A DNA stretch of 64,000 nucleotides from positions 97,030 to 161,029 of the forward strand of contig JBHGNT010000059.1 of assembly GCA_043228905.1 (NCBI GenBank), given 5' to 3'. Below, one piece after another: positions 1-9,733 of this stretch (the first letter of the stretch is position 1; every line of letters begins with the position of its first letter). This stretch comes from Azolla caroliniana (taxonomy: Eukaryota; Plantae; Polypodiophyta). The translations under genes and the position numbers were made by a program. The notes beneath the pieces were generated by a model. The model saw nothing but the letters and a program-made list of their open reading frames with translations. It did no database searches and was not told the origin of the DNA.

Positions 1-205
1 AATCATGTGTGCGTGGAGTTTCATTTTGCTTGTGCAATGAGCGAGCGAGGGCACGCGACCTGATCGTGCGTGCGTGCGTGTTGTGCGCGAGCGTGGGAGA
101 AATATGATTGAGAGGGTTATGAGAACGTCAAGACACCACACAGAGCACACCATTTACATTTACGATGTTCAGAAAGTGTATAGTTGAAAAAGTTATGTAC
201 GTTCT

Positions 206-1282
206 TTAAAAGTGGCGAATACAAGCGCGTGGGCGAAGATCACATTGTTGGAGAAGGCGAGAGGTTGCCACGCTTAGAAGTTGTTCCTCCTCACCGGCCT
301 TGAAACGACGACGTTGTTCCTCATCTTGTCGTCCGGTCATGCGATAACGGCGCTCGTCCTCCTCGCGCTCGCTACTGTCTCTCTCTCGCTCGGCATCCTC
401 TTCCCATTGACGACGTTCCCTTGACACTTGGCTATGGCGGTGACCATCATTGCGTGCCTCTTCTCCGCTAATGTATAAGGCCTCGCGGAGGCGGTTGCAA
501 CGCTCTTCTACGGGGATTTGTTCCACGTTCCTGCAGCATCTTTCGGAGGGCCTTGCATATCGGCTGATTTCATCCCAAGAGGTGCGACGGCTTCGTCCAC
601 GTTCTTCCTTCTCATTACGTTCTTGTAGGTGGCGGACCTGCCCATCGACGAAGTTTTGGCACTCTTGCCTCAACTCTCGGTCTCGTGGCTCATCGCGATC
701 GCGGCCGCGACGATCCCGTTCCTCTTCGGACTCTCTCTTGTTGTCTCTGCGACGTCCTTCATCGAGGGATCCTTCACGACGTCGGTCGCGCCTCTCCTGC
801 TCGACATCCTCCTCCCTACGTCGATCGCGCCTCTCGTCGCGTGACTCATCACGATCGCGACCGCGACGATCCCGTTCCTCTTCGGACTCTCTCTTGTTGT
901 CTCCGTAGCGCCCCTCCTCGATGGACCCCTCGCGACGTCCCCCGCGCCTCTCCTCATCGAAATCCTCCTCCCTGCGTCGATCGCGCCTCTCCTCACGTGG
1001 CTCATCGCGATCGTGACTGCGACGATCCCGGTCCTCATCCGACCCTCTCTTGTTGTCTCTGTAGCGCCTCTCATCGATGGATCCCTCACGACGTCCGTTG
1101 CGCCTCTCCTCGTCGACATCCTCCTCCCTACGTCGATCGCGTCTCTCCTCGTCAATGTCTCCCTCTCTTCGTCGATCGCGCCTCTCCTCTTCGCGATCCC
1201 GTCCTACAGATCTAGCATTGGCCGCGCCGCAGGCGGCTAGCATGATAACCGCCATGAGGAATATGATAGTGAGCTTCGCCAT
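206..1282 (-). CDS. 2S albumin-like (prolamin superfamily) storage protein precursor with R/E/D-rich repeat extension, copy 1
   Basis: Hydrophobic signal peptide MAKLTIIFLMAVIMLAACGAANA, charged repeats, then C-terminal Cys skeleton ECQNFV...RCCRNVEQIP..ERC..L...QQCDLRPRAC; intronless. Confidence 0.85.
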   Translation of the reverse strand: MAKLTIIFLMAVIMLAACGAANARSVGRDREEERRDRRREGDIDEERRDRRREEDVDEERRNGRREGSIDERRYRDNKRGSDEDRDRRSHDRDEPREERRDRRREEDFDEERRGGRREGSIEEGRYGDNKRESEEERDRRGRDRDESRDERRDRRREEDVEQERRDRRREGSLDEGRRRDNKRESEEERDRRGRDRDEPRDRELRQECQNFVDGQVRHLQERNEKEERGRSRRTSWDEISRYARPSERCCRNVEQIPVEERCNRLREALYISGEEARNDGHRHSQVSRERRQWEEDAERERDSSEREEDERRYRMTGRQDEEQRRRFKAGEEEQLLSVATSRLLQQCDLRPRACIRHF

Positions 1283-1348
1283 TGCTTGTGTTCGGAACTA
1301 CCCCGGTTCTCTCTCCGCCTATTTGAGTGTGTCATGGTTGATCCACCC

Positions 1349-1483
1349 TTATATACACAAGGCCATGCATGTCTAGTACATGCATGTCCCTTCCCACGTC
1401 CATTCCTATAGACGTTAATGGCATGATCCATACTTGGGCCACGGAAGAGACCATTCACTTTTCACCACCCCCCTTTACGTGTC
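1349..1483 (-). promoter_or_regulatory. Storage-protein-type promoter (repeated in each unit): TATA box, twin RY elements, ABRE/G-box-like motifs
   Basis: TATATAA on minus strand at 1349-1355; CATGCATG at 1364-1371 and 1379-1386; ACGTGG (minus strand) ~1394-1399; ACGTGTC 1477-1483. RY plus ABRE is the known ABI3/bZIP module of seed-storage promoters. Confidence 0.75.
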
Positions 1484-2181
1484 CAGGATCCTCCTGCTTC
1501 GACCTACCATATCACTAGCCCTATACTCACCTCCATCACACCAGGAGTGGGATTATGCACTTGGGCATTTCAAATCTACTAACCTATGGACGCTTCGTCC
1601 ATATTGCAACGTAGACAGTATGTAACCTCATGATAGCCACCTACACATGTGATGCCATTGAGGTTGTAGAGTGCGTATGGGCCTCGTAAAACGAGGATAA
1701 GGTGGTGAGAAAAGGTTTTTAGGGTGTTGGTTCTCTCCACGAAAACGTGCTCGGTGGTTGTGGCCACGAGGGAGTTTAGAATCCATTGCGACCAACATAC
1801 GGACGACGACACGCGTTTTCATTGTGATTACAAGATCCGTCGTCGTTGTGGACGCTGCAACCACCGGAGGAATATGAAGGTGGCACCATTCAAGGACAAC
1901 ATTTCTAGGTGAAACATGCGTGGGTTGGTTGGTTCACACGATGATGAAAATGGTAGATAGACATGGGAATGTCATGTGGAATCATATTTGTAGTAGGAGT
2001 TACGATCAGCCACTACTATTGCGCACATCATGGTACGGCGAGACACGGCATTGTATGAGGGTGGCTTCAATACAACATTGTGATGGCATCGACGTTTGAC
2101 GAGTTTCGCGTTGCTCGTGAGAGAGATAGCGATAGATGGATAGCGATAGATATAGGTAGGGTGGGAGTGGGTAGTGTGCGT

Positions 2182-2983
2182 TGTCGTGAAGAAAACCGTC
2201 CATAGGCGGAATCGGCGCACCTAGGCGTGGGTACCGGTTCTTCACGCGCGCAAGCTCCAAGTTGTACATAGAAGCGAGTTAGGAGGATAACCGGCAGGAA
2301 CGGGCCCTAACACAAGTGGAGACAAAGACCGCGCGAACAGTCTTTTCGGCCGCGCGCGCGAGCGAAGGGACTGTACGAGTCGGCGGCGTAACTACGCGGA
2401 CGCGTGAAGGACGGAGCGGATCCCTGTCCAAAAGGGACAGGGGAATAAAGCTGACAGGACGGCCTGCTCGTCGGGCTATAAAAAGAGGAGGACAGAGCTG
2501 TTGCAGGGATCTCGGGCGGAGAGGACGAAGTGCTGTCGGACCGTTTCTGGACGCTTCTCTCTCTGTTTCCTTCCTTCTTGAGCTCGATAGCTTTTCTGTG
2601 CAGGGTTCCGAGGGGGCTCGTGCTGCTTCGAGGAACGCCCGAGTGCTTCCGGCAGCACCTCCGACCTGCTTCCCCCTCCCCCTTTTGTGCATCGAAGCGA
2701 ACAAGTATCGGCATCTGTTCGCCGGCTTGTTCGGTTGTAACCAACCTGAGCCCCATCGAGGGTTGTAGTCGTGTTAGCCATTTTTGTTAATATACGTATT
2801 TAGTCGTTCGCGTCTGTCTGTGTCGGTGTCTGTTCGCGTTCTCCGTGCTGAAGGGCCGTGTCCCTGTGTATCCCCGGTCCTGCGTAGCCGGTTCTCTCTC
2901 TTTCTCCTCCCTCGCTTGCTCTTTGGTTCGAGACCCCCGCGGTCCCGCCTCATCTCCACACGCACTTGCGAAATATCTCGACA
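2182..2983 (+). repeat. 5' LTR of Gypsy element
   Basis: TGTCG...CGACA, direct repeat of 8704-9505 with only ~3 transitions seen by eye; contains TATAAAA. Confidence 0.95.
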
Positions 2984-2987
2984 TCTT

Positions 2988-3005
2988 TGGTGAACCCGAC
3001 GTGAA
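2988..3005 (+). promoter_or_regulatory. Primer-binding site complementary to tRNA-Trp 3' end
   Basis: TGGTGAACCCGACGTGAA is the reverse complement of the plant cytosolic tRNA-Trp 3' end (...TTCACGTCGGGTTCACCA), 4 nt after the LTR. Confidence 0.85.
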
Positions 3006-3027
3006 AGAGGCGGCAGAAGAGCAGAAG

Positions 3028-5154
3028 ATGAGGGGGTCGGATCTTGCAGAGGCCATGGCTTCGGCCGTGGATCGGATTGTAAACGCGCGCGAGGGCACCG
3101 GTGCCCTCGACAGAGCTATTGAGGCGGTCGTCGGCACGATCGGCCGGTTCGATGGGAGGGATGCCACGAAGTATCTAGCGTCCTACGGTGCGGAAATGTT
3201 GATGCGGGACATTCCGGAAGAAAGGCGTCTTGCCGGATTTCCCCGAGTCGCAATGCCGGGCATCCATGCGGAGGTGCTCGAGGTGCGGGCGGAGAGCCGT
3301 ACCTGGGAGGAGTTCGAAGGTCGGCTCCTAGAGAAATACGGGCTGGACGACGCGCTCCGGCTTTCGAAGCGAAGGTTCATGGAATGGGTGGAGTCCCCGG
3401 GGAAGGGAAGAAACGCTTCGGCACTCCTCCGGGAGTTCGAGGAAAACTTTGCGCGCCTTTCGGCGCTCGACCGAACCATCCTGGACACGAGCCGGGTCTT
3501 GCTGTTTGTCAAGTCGGTCGACGAGCGGGATCGGGAGCAAGTGGGCCTCTTGCTGGAAACCGAAGACGGGCTCACTACCGACTGGGCGGCTGTCAAGAAA
3601 GTCTGTGGCCGTTTCGACAAACGGCGAGAATGGGCGGATAACGGGGTAACCGGGTCGGGCTCGGTCGCAGCAAGGAAGTTCGAACCAGCGCCACGGGTGC
3701 GAAAGGAAGAGACCGGAGAGTGGTTGGAAACCGGTTCGGCTTCGACCGGCGTAGTCAGAGGCTCAACCGGAGGAGCGGCGCTGGAGGAATTGACGAGGGC
3801 GGTAAAGGACCTCCAAATCGCGCAAGCCCGAAGGGAAGGTGGCGAACCGGCTCGTGACCGACGGCCGGCGGCAGGAAACAGGTGCATGTGGTGCGATGAA
3901 GTCGGCCACATTCGGAAGGACTGCGGCGACTTCGCGGAGGCGCTAAGGGACAGGGTGGTGTACCTGTGGGAAGGACGGGTGCATGCCAGCGACACCCGAA
4001 GGACCCTGAGCCGAAACGACGGAAAAGGTGGTATGAAAAGGTTGATGGAAGAGGCGGCGGCCCGGCACGCGGAAACCGTCCACTACTCGGCGTCGGCCGG
4101 CATTCGAGTCGGGGGCGGCGAGGCCCGAAAGGAAAGCAAAGCCGGATTCTGGCCGACGATGCTGGAAGGCCTTGCCGGTGCAAGGCTTAAAGGGGAGGAA
4201 TCGGACCGTGCGGAGAAACGGGTACGGGAGATGACCGGGTGGAGCGACCCGGTCGAGGAAAGGACGGGCTTCGTGGAAGCCGCTTGCCAGAACTACGAGG
4301 CTCTGGTAGAAGAGAAGCGGGTGGGGAGACCCGGGACGACCGGGCCCTCACAACGATACGAGACCCGGTCCGGGCCACGACGGGACGAAGCCGGCGGGGC
4401 CGGTACGCAAGATAAACCCCAGAAGGGCGGGTACCGTCTGGGGACGGAGATAGAAAGGACCACGGACTTACGAAAGGTCCTGGAGGAACGGATCCTCGAC
4501 AGCAAGGTGGAGCTGTCGTTACGAGAGGTGCTGGGAATCGCCAAGAAGGAGTTCCACGACTCCATCGTGGACTTGGTGAAACGGAAAAGGCTGTCGACGG
4601 AGACAGAACCGGAAAGACCGGTGGAAGTGCGGACGACGCACCTAGACGACATGGCGCTGGGAGACGAGTGGGCGGAAAGCCACTATTCGAGACCACACTG
4701 GGCCCGAGCGACCACGGAAACACCGGTAAAGATCGGCGATGTCCAGGAACCGGTGATAGCTTTGGTGGACCACGGATCGGAGATCAATTTGATGTCCATG
4801 GACTTCTATAAGAAGGGCAAATGGCCGATCAACACCAAGCACGGGTGGAAAATAAGGGCAGCAACGCGCGCCACCGAGGAACTGCACGGGGCCTGTCCGA
4901 ATGTGCGAGTCAAGATCGGCGACGTTGAGATTGACCAGCACTTCTTCGTGCAGGAGACGTCTTCGCATCCGGTCATTCTGGGAGAGCCGTACATCACGGC
5001 GGCGCGAATGGAGACCAAAGTGCTGGACAATGGTTCGGCCTACGCAAGGGTCAAAAGCCAAGACGGGCGCCATTCGGTCCAGTTTCTGACGGTACGGCCG
5101 AACCACGAACGTAACCGCGACTCCCTCGGTTCCGAAAACCGAGAGGATTTTTAG
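3028..5154 (+). CDS. gag: Gag-protease polyprotein (ORF1)
   Basis: CCHC knuckle CMWCDEVGHIRKDC; aspartic protease-like ALVDHGSEINLM...VILGEP; likely ATG at 3028 (the ORF track start at 2845 lies in the LTR). Confidence 0.9.
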   Translation: MRGSDLAEAMASAVDRIVNAREGTGALDRAIEAVVGTIGRFDGRDATKYLASYGAEMLMRDIPEERRLAGFPRVAMPGIHAEVLEVRAESRTWEEFEGRLLEKYGLDDALRLSKRRFMEWVESPGKGRNASALLREFEENFARLSALDRTILDTSRVLLFVKSVDERDREQVGLLLETEDGLTTDWAAVKKVCGRFDKRREWADNGVTGSGSVAARKFEPAPRVRKEETGEWLETGSASTGVVRGSTGGAALEELTRAVKDLQIAQARREGGEPARDRRPAAGNRCMWCDEVGHIRKDCGDFAEALRDRVVYLWEGRVHASDTRRTLSRNDGKGGMKRLMEEAAARHAETVHYSASAGIRVGGGEARKESKAGFWPTMLEGLAGARLKGEESDRAEKRVREMTGWSDPVEERTGFVEAACQNYEALVEEKRVGRPGTTGPSQRYETRSGPRRDEAGGAGTQDKPQKGGYRLGTEIERTTDLRKVLEERILDSKVELSLREVLGIAKKEFHDSIVDLVKRKRLSTETEPERPVEVRTTHLDDMALGDEWAESHYSRPHWARATTETPVKIGDVQEPVIALVDHGSEINLMSMDFYKKGKWPINTKHGWKIRAATRATEELHGACPNVRVKIGDVEIDQHFFVQETSSHPVILGEPYITAARMETKVLDNGSAYARVKSQDGRHSVQFLTVRPNHERNRDSLGSENREDF

Positions 5155-8100
5155 AGAGGACTGCCAAGGCGTGGGGCCGCGACAGTCCGGATGCTCCGGG
5201 AAACCCCCACATCTGTACGATAAAACCGTGTACAATAGGTAGGAAATTTTGCTTCTCCGACAGCGGGGCATGTACGATGGTCGGCATCACCGGCCGAGAG
5301 AAAACAAAGACGGAGGGGAGACTTCGGGCGTGCGGAGTTCTCGGCCCTGACGAAGGAATCAACGGAGCCGTGGAGGCAGTCTCCTTCGACGACACCTTGG
5401 GGATGCTGGGGAAGTTAGTCGAAGAAGACCTTAACGAAGACCGGACGATACCGGTATGTTCCGAAGAAATGTACGAAGTCATCGCGGACTTCGGTCGAGG
5501 GCTCGAGTCGGAACGGACGGCCCGAGTGAGCACCAAGTACAAGACGGTGGACCGGAAGGTGAGGCCAGTTGCGGCGCCCTTACCGGAGGGCAGCGAATCC
5601 CGAATCAAAGGGGTTGCATCGGACCCCAGCTTACGAGATCCGGCCTGCATAGGACACACCTTCACCAACGAGACGCTCCGCGAGCTGAAGATCGGTGGGG
5701 GCGGGTTCCTACTGCCGATGGAGGAAGACCGGTTTCGGAGAATGCTCGGAAGGCACGGGAAAGCCTTCGCATTCTCACCGGAGGAAATCGGGTGCGTAGA
5801 CCCGACGATCGTAGAGCCAATGGTGATATTCACGGTACCGCATGTACCGTGGAATCTCAAGCCAATTTCGGTTCCGAGAGCTCACATCCCGATGTTGATG
5901 GAGCTGTTGAAGCAGAAAGTTGATATGGGCATTCTCGAGCCGTCGAGCGCTCCGTATTCAAACCGGTGGTTTACCGTACCAAAGAAAAACGGATCATTGC
6001 GCTTCATTCAGGACCTGCAACCGGTCAATAGGGTGACCATTCGGAACGCAGGGATCGGACCGACCATAGACGAGTTCGCGGAGGCCTTCGCCGGAAGGTC
6101 GATTTACTCGGTCGGTGATCTATACTCAGGGTACGACCAGTTCCAGCTAGCCGTGGAGAGCAGAGACATCACGACGATGCGAACTCCCCTCGGCCTAGTG
6201 CGGATGTGTACGCTGCCGCAAGGAGGGACCAACTCGGTGGCCCACATGGTGAATGCAATGAACAAGGTGCTGAGGGACTGCATCCCGGACATCACCATGC
6301 CGTTTCTAGACGACATCCCGATCAAGGGATGCCCGGTAGAAGAGAAGGACGAGACGGTCGGGCCGGACGGATGCCGGCGATTCGTGATGGCGCACATCGA
6401 CGACTGCGAGAAGGTGCTGCAAAGGCTAGAGGTTGCGAGGCTCACCTTCTCGGGGGAGAAATCAGCCTTCGGGCAATCGGAAATCATGGTGGTCGGACAT
6501 TTGTGCGGGCCATATGGCCGGAAACCGTCTCCGGCAAAGGTAGAGGCCATCTCCGCGATGAAGCCTGACTGCAGCTCGGTCACGGAAGTACGAAGATTCT
6601 TGGGAGCATGCGCCTTCTACCACATATGGATCCCGCATTACGCGCACGTCGCGGAGCCGCTGTACGGATTATTGAAGAAAGGGCGAAGATTCGAATGGCT
6701 AGACAAGCACGCGGAGTCGGTCCGGAAGCTGAAGGAGGCCCTTTCGGCAGCACCGGCGCTCCGAAAGGCTGTCTACGGGAAGGGCACCCCAGTGTACATA
6801 ACGGTTGACACGAGTCCGACCGGAATCGGGTGGGTCGTCAACCAAGAAGACGGGGACGGCAATCGGTTTCCAATCCGATTCGGCGCGAAGGTCCTCAGTG
6901 AGCGGCAACGGGGATACGCCCAGGTTAAACGCGAACTCTGGGGTATCGTTTCGGCAGTGAAGACCGACAAGGACTATCTGATCGGGACAGAGGTAATCAT
7001 AGAGACGGATTGCATGCCGATTCTCGGCATGGTTTACGGATGCGCGACGCCGGACCTGGCAATGCTCAGGTGGATAGCGTACATCAAGTCCCTGGACCCG
7101 GAAATACGACACATTTCCGGGAAAGACAACGCCATGGCCGACATGCTTTCAAGGGCGAGATTCGATGACGAGGGCACCATGGTTTCGGAGGACGAGGAGG
7201 TCGGCGTGGACTTCTTCGAGGCAGCATACGTAACAACCGGCGGGTCGAGCACTCCGGCGCTTAACGACTTCGACGCGAGCAAGTACGACGGGGAGTGGCT
7301 GCAGATCGGCGGGTTCTTGAGGACAATGGCGCCGGATGCGTCATGGACGAAAGACGAGGCCAACCGGATCCGGAAGAAAGCGTACCGATTCTTTCTCCGG
7401 GATGGATACCTGTGGAAGCACCCGAAGAAGAGGAACGGCGTCCCGCTCCGGGTGGTGGCAATGAAGGAAGATCAGGAGGAGCTGCTAGCGGCCTGCCACG
7501 ACAGCCCTTGGGCTGGACACCGTGGGACATGGGCTACGTTTGAGAAACTGAAGGGGAAGTATTGGTGGCCGGGGCAGTACCGGGACGTGCATCGGTTCGT
7601 GACAACTTGCGAGAGCTGTCAGATGCACTCCATAGTCCGACACCGGGACGAGCTTCACCCTACGTACCCTCCGACCATCCATTTCAAATGGATGGTAGAT
7701 CTGGTGACGATGCCAATGGGGGTAGGACAGATGCGGTACCTGGTCCTAGCACGGGAGGATCTGACGAACCAGGTGGAAGGCCGAGCCCTCCCGAACAAAA
7801 CGACCGCGGCCGTATGTCGATTCCTAATCGAGGACGTGATATGCCGGTACGGGTGCGTCGGGAAGATCGTGGCTGATCGAGGGGAGTTGGACACCGAAGA
7901 AGCCGCGGAGCTGTTCGACCGGCTCGGAGTTAAGCTCTCGCTCACCACTGCGTACAATCCGGAGGCGAATGGGAAGGTGGAGCGCGGACACGGGCCGATC
8001 GTCAAGGCGTTGGTTCGGGCATGCGGAGGCCAAGTCGGTAACTGGCCGCGGCTGCTACCTTATGCTTTGTGGGCAGACCGGACCACGCACAGTTCGGTAA

Positions 8101-8633
8101 CCGGGTACATGCCGACGGAGCTCATGTTCGGCCAGAAGCCGATCATGCCGATGGAACGGACGATCTCCTCATGGGCAACGGTCGATTGGAGGGACGAGAT
8201 GAGCCGGGAGGAGTTGTTGGCCGCGCGTATACGACAACTCGAGCGGAGTCCGGAGGACGTGGAACTGGCTACGGAGAGGCTCCGGGTGGCGAGGGCAAAG
8301 AACAAAGCCAGGTTCGACCGAACGCACCGGCTCCGACCGAAGAAGATCGAAGAAGGTGACTGGGTGCTCGTCTACGACAGCAGTCTCGACAACCAGCACC
8401 GAGCTACAAGGAAGTTCGCACGTAGGTGGTTTGGGCCTTACGCGGTACGGAGCGCCAATGGCAACGGGACATATCACCTGGCGGAACTCGACGGCACGAG
8501 AATGGCGATACCGGTTGCAGGGAAGCAGATCAAAGCGTTCAAAAAGCGACACGACGACGAGCCAAACCCGGCTCTTCTAGTCAGCAGTGACGAACGATCC
8601 GAAAACGAGGAAGAACCGACGGGCGAGGAATGA
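5148..8633 (+). CDS. pol: Pol (RT-RNaseH-integrase), -1 frame relative to ORF1
   Basis: RT DLYSGYDQ/LPQG/FLDD, RNase H DTS..E..D, integrase H-x6-H..CESC and DDE core, GPY motif; frame is open from the GGATTTTTAG site, first ATG at 5277. Confidence 0.93.
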   Translation, partial: FLERTAKAWGRDSPDAPGNPHICTIKPCTIGRKFCFSDSGACTMVGITGREKTKTEGRLRACGVLGPDEGINGAVEAVSFDDTLGMLGKLVEEDLNEDRTIPVCSEEMYEVIADFGRGLESERTARVSTKYKTVDRKVRPVAAPLPEGSESRIKGVASDPSLRDPACIGHTFTNETLRELKIGGGGFLLPMEEDRFRRMLGRHGKAFAFSPEEIGCVDPTIVEPMVIFTVPHVPWNLKPISVPRAHIPMLMELLKQKVDMGILEPSSAPYSNRWFTVPKKNGSLRFIQDLQPVNRVTIRNAGIGPTIDEFAEAFAGRSIYSVGDLYSGYDQFQLAVESRDITTMRTPLGLVRMCTLPQGGTNSVAHMVNAMNKVLRDCIPDITMPFLDDIPIKGCPVEEKDETVGPDGCRRFVMAHIDDCEKVLQRLEVARLTFSGEKSAFGQSEIMVVGHLCGPYGRKPSPAKVEAISAMKPDCSSVTEVRRFLGACAFYHIWIPHYAHVAEPLYGLLKKGRRFEWLDKHAESVRKLKEALSAAPALRKAVYGKGTPVYITVDTSPTGIGWVVNQEDGDGNRFPIRFGAKVLSERQRGYAQVKRELWGIVSAVKTDKDYLIGTEVIIETDCMPILGMVYGCATPDLAMLRWIAYIKSLDPEIRHISGKDNAMADMLSRARFDDEGTMVSEDEEVGVDFFEAAYVTTGGSSTPALNDFDASKYDGEWLQIGGFLRTMAPDASWTKDEANRIRKKAYRFFLRDGYLWKHPKKRNGVPLRVVAMKEDQEELLAACHDSPWAGHRGTWATFEKLKGKYWWPGQYRDVHRFVTTCESCQMHSIVRHRDELHPTYPPTIHFKWMVDLVTMPMGVGQMRYLVLAREDLTNQVEGRALPNKTTAAVCRFLIEDVICRYGCVGKIVADRGELDTEEAAELFDRLGVKLSLTTAYNPEANGKVERGHGPIVKALVRACGGQVGNWPRLLPYALWADRTTHSSVTGYMPTELMFGQKPIMPMERTISSWATVDWRDEMSREELLAARIRQLERSPEDVELATERLRVARAKNKARFDRTHRLRPKKIEEGDWVLVYDSSLDNQHRATRKFARRWFGPYAVRSANGNGTYHLAELDGTRMAIPVAGKQIKAFKKRHDDEPNPALLVSSDERSENEEEPTGEE

Positions 8634-8703
8634 AGACGGGCCGGTTTTCTCCGTCCCAACTCTCTGGCGCATACCGGAGGATGCGCGGTTAGGTGGGGGC
8701 GGA

Positions 8704-9505
8704 TGTCGTGAAGAAAACCGTCCATAGGCGGAATCGGCGCACCTAGGCGTGGGTACCGGTTCTTCACGCGCGCAAGCTCCAAGTTGTACATAGAAGCGAG
8801 TTAGGAGGATAACCGGCAGGAACGGGCCCTAACACAAGTGGAGACAAAGACCACGCGAACAGTCTTTTCGGTCGCGCGCGCGAGCGAAGGGACTGTACGA
8901 GTCGGCGGCGTAACTACGCGGACGCGTGAAGGACGGAGCGGATCCCTGTCCAAAAGGGACAGGGGAATAAAGCTGACAGGACGGCCTGCTCGTCGGGCTA
9001 TAAAAAGAGGAGGACAGAGCTGTTGCAGGGATCTCGGGCGGAGAGGACGAAGTGCTGTCGGACCGTTTCTGGACGCTTCTCTCTCTGTTTCCTTCCTTCT
9101 TGAGCTCGATAGCTTTTCTGTGCAGGGTTCCGAGGGGGCTCGTGCTGCTTCGAGGAACGCCCGAGTGCTTCCGGCAGCACCTCCGACCTGCTTCCCCCTC
9201 CCCCTTTTGTGCATCGAAGCGAACAAGTATCGGCATCTGTTCGCCGGCTTGTTCGGTTGTAACCAACCTGAGCCCCATCGAGGGTTGTAGTCGTGTTAGT
9301 CATTTTTGTTAATATACGTATTTAGTCGTTCGCGTCTGTCTGTGTCGGTGTCTGTTCGCGTTCTCCGTGCTGAAGGGCCGTGTCCCTGTGTATCCCCGGT
9401 CCTGCGTAGCCGGTTCTCTCTCTTTCTCCTCCCTCGCTTGCTCTTTGGTTCGAGACCCCCGCGGTCCCGCCTCATCTCCACACGCACTTGCGAAATATCT
9501 CGACA
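8704..9505 (+). repeat. 3' LTR of Gypsy element
   Basis: Preceded by purine-rich PPT (AGGTGGGGGCGGA), followed by TSD GCGT. Confidence 0.95.
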
Positions 9506-9733
9506 GCGTGTGGGCACGTTACCTAATCATGTGTGCGTGGAGTTTCATTTTGCTTGTGCAATGAGCGAGCGAGGGCACGCGACCTGATCGTGCGTGCGTG
9601 CGTGCGTGTTGTGCGCGAGCGTGGGAGAAATATGATTGAGAGGGTTATGAGAACGTCAAGACACCACACAGAGCACACCATTTACATTTACGATGTTCAG
9701 AAAGTGTATAGTTGAAAAAGTTATGTACGTTCT

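Larger units (their letters stand above)
2182..9505 (+). mobile_element. Full-length Ty3/Gypsy LTR retrotransposon (non-chromovirus), young
   Basis: 802-bp LTRs TG...CA (2182-2983, 8704-9505), 4-bp TSD GCGT, PBS TGGTGAACCCGACGTGAA, PPT before the 3' LTR, order gag-PR-RT-RH-INT. Confidence 0.96.

Noticed and set aside
450-1376. Overlapping Ser/Arg-rich and other ORFs on the + strand and alternate frames of each albumin copy
   Set aside because: Shadows of a GC-rich, repetitive, stop-poor CDS; they recur only because the unit is duplicated
1434-2220. Short 60-80 aa ORFs in the array spacer
   Set aside because: No recognisable domains; conservation merely reflects unit identity
2279-2993. ORFs within the Gypsy LTRs and the ORF1 start at 2845
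   Set aside because: Lie inside GC-rich LTR sequence duplicated at 8704-9505; real gag start must follow the PBS
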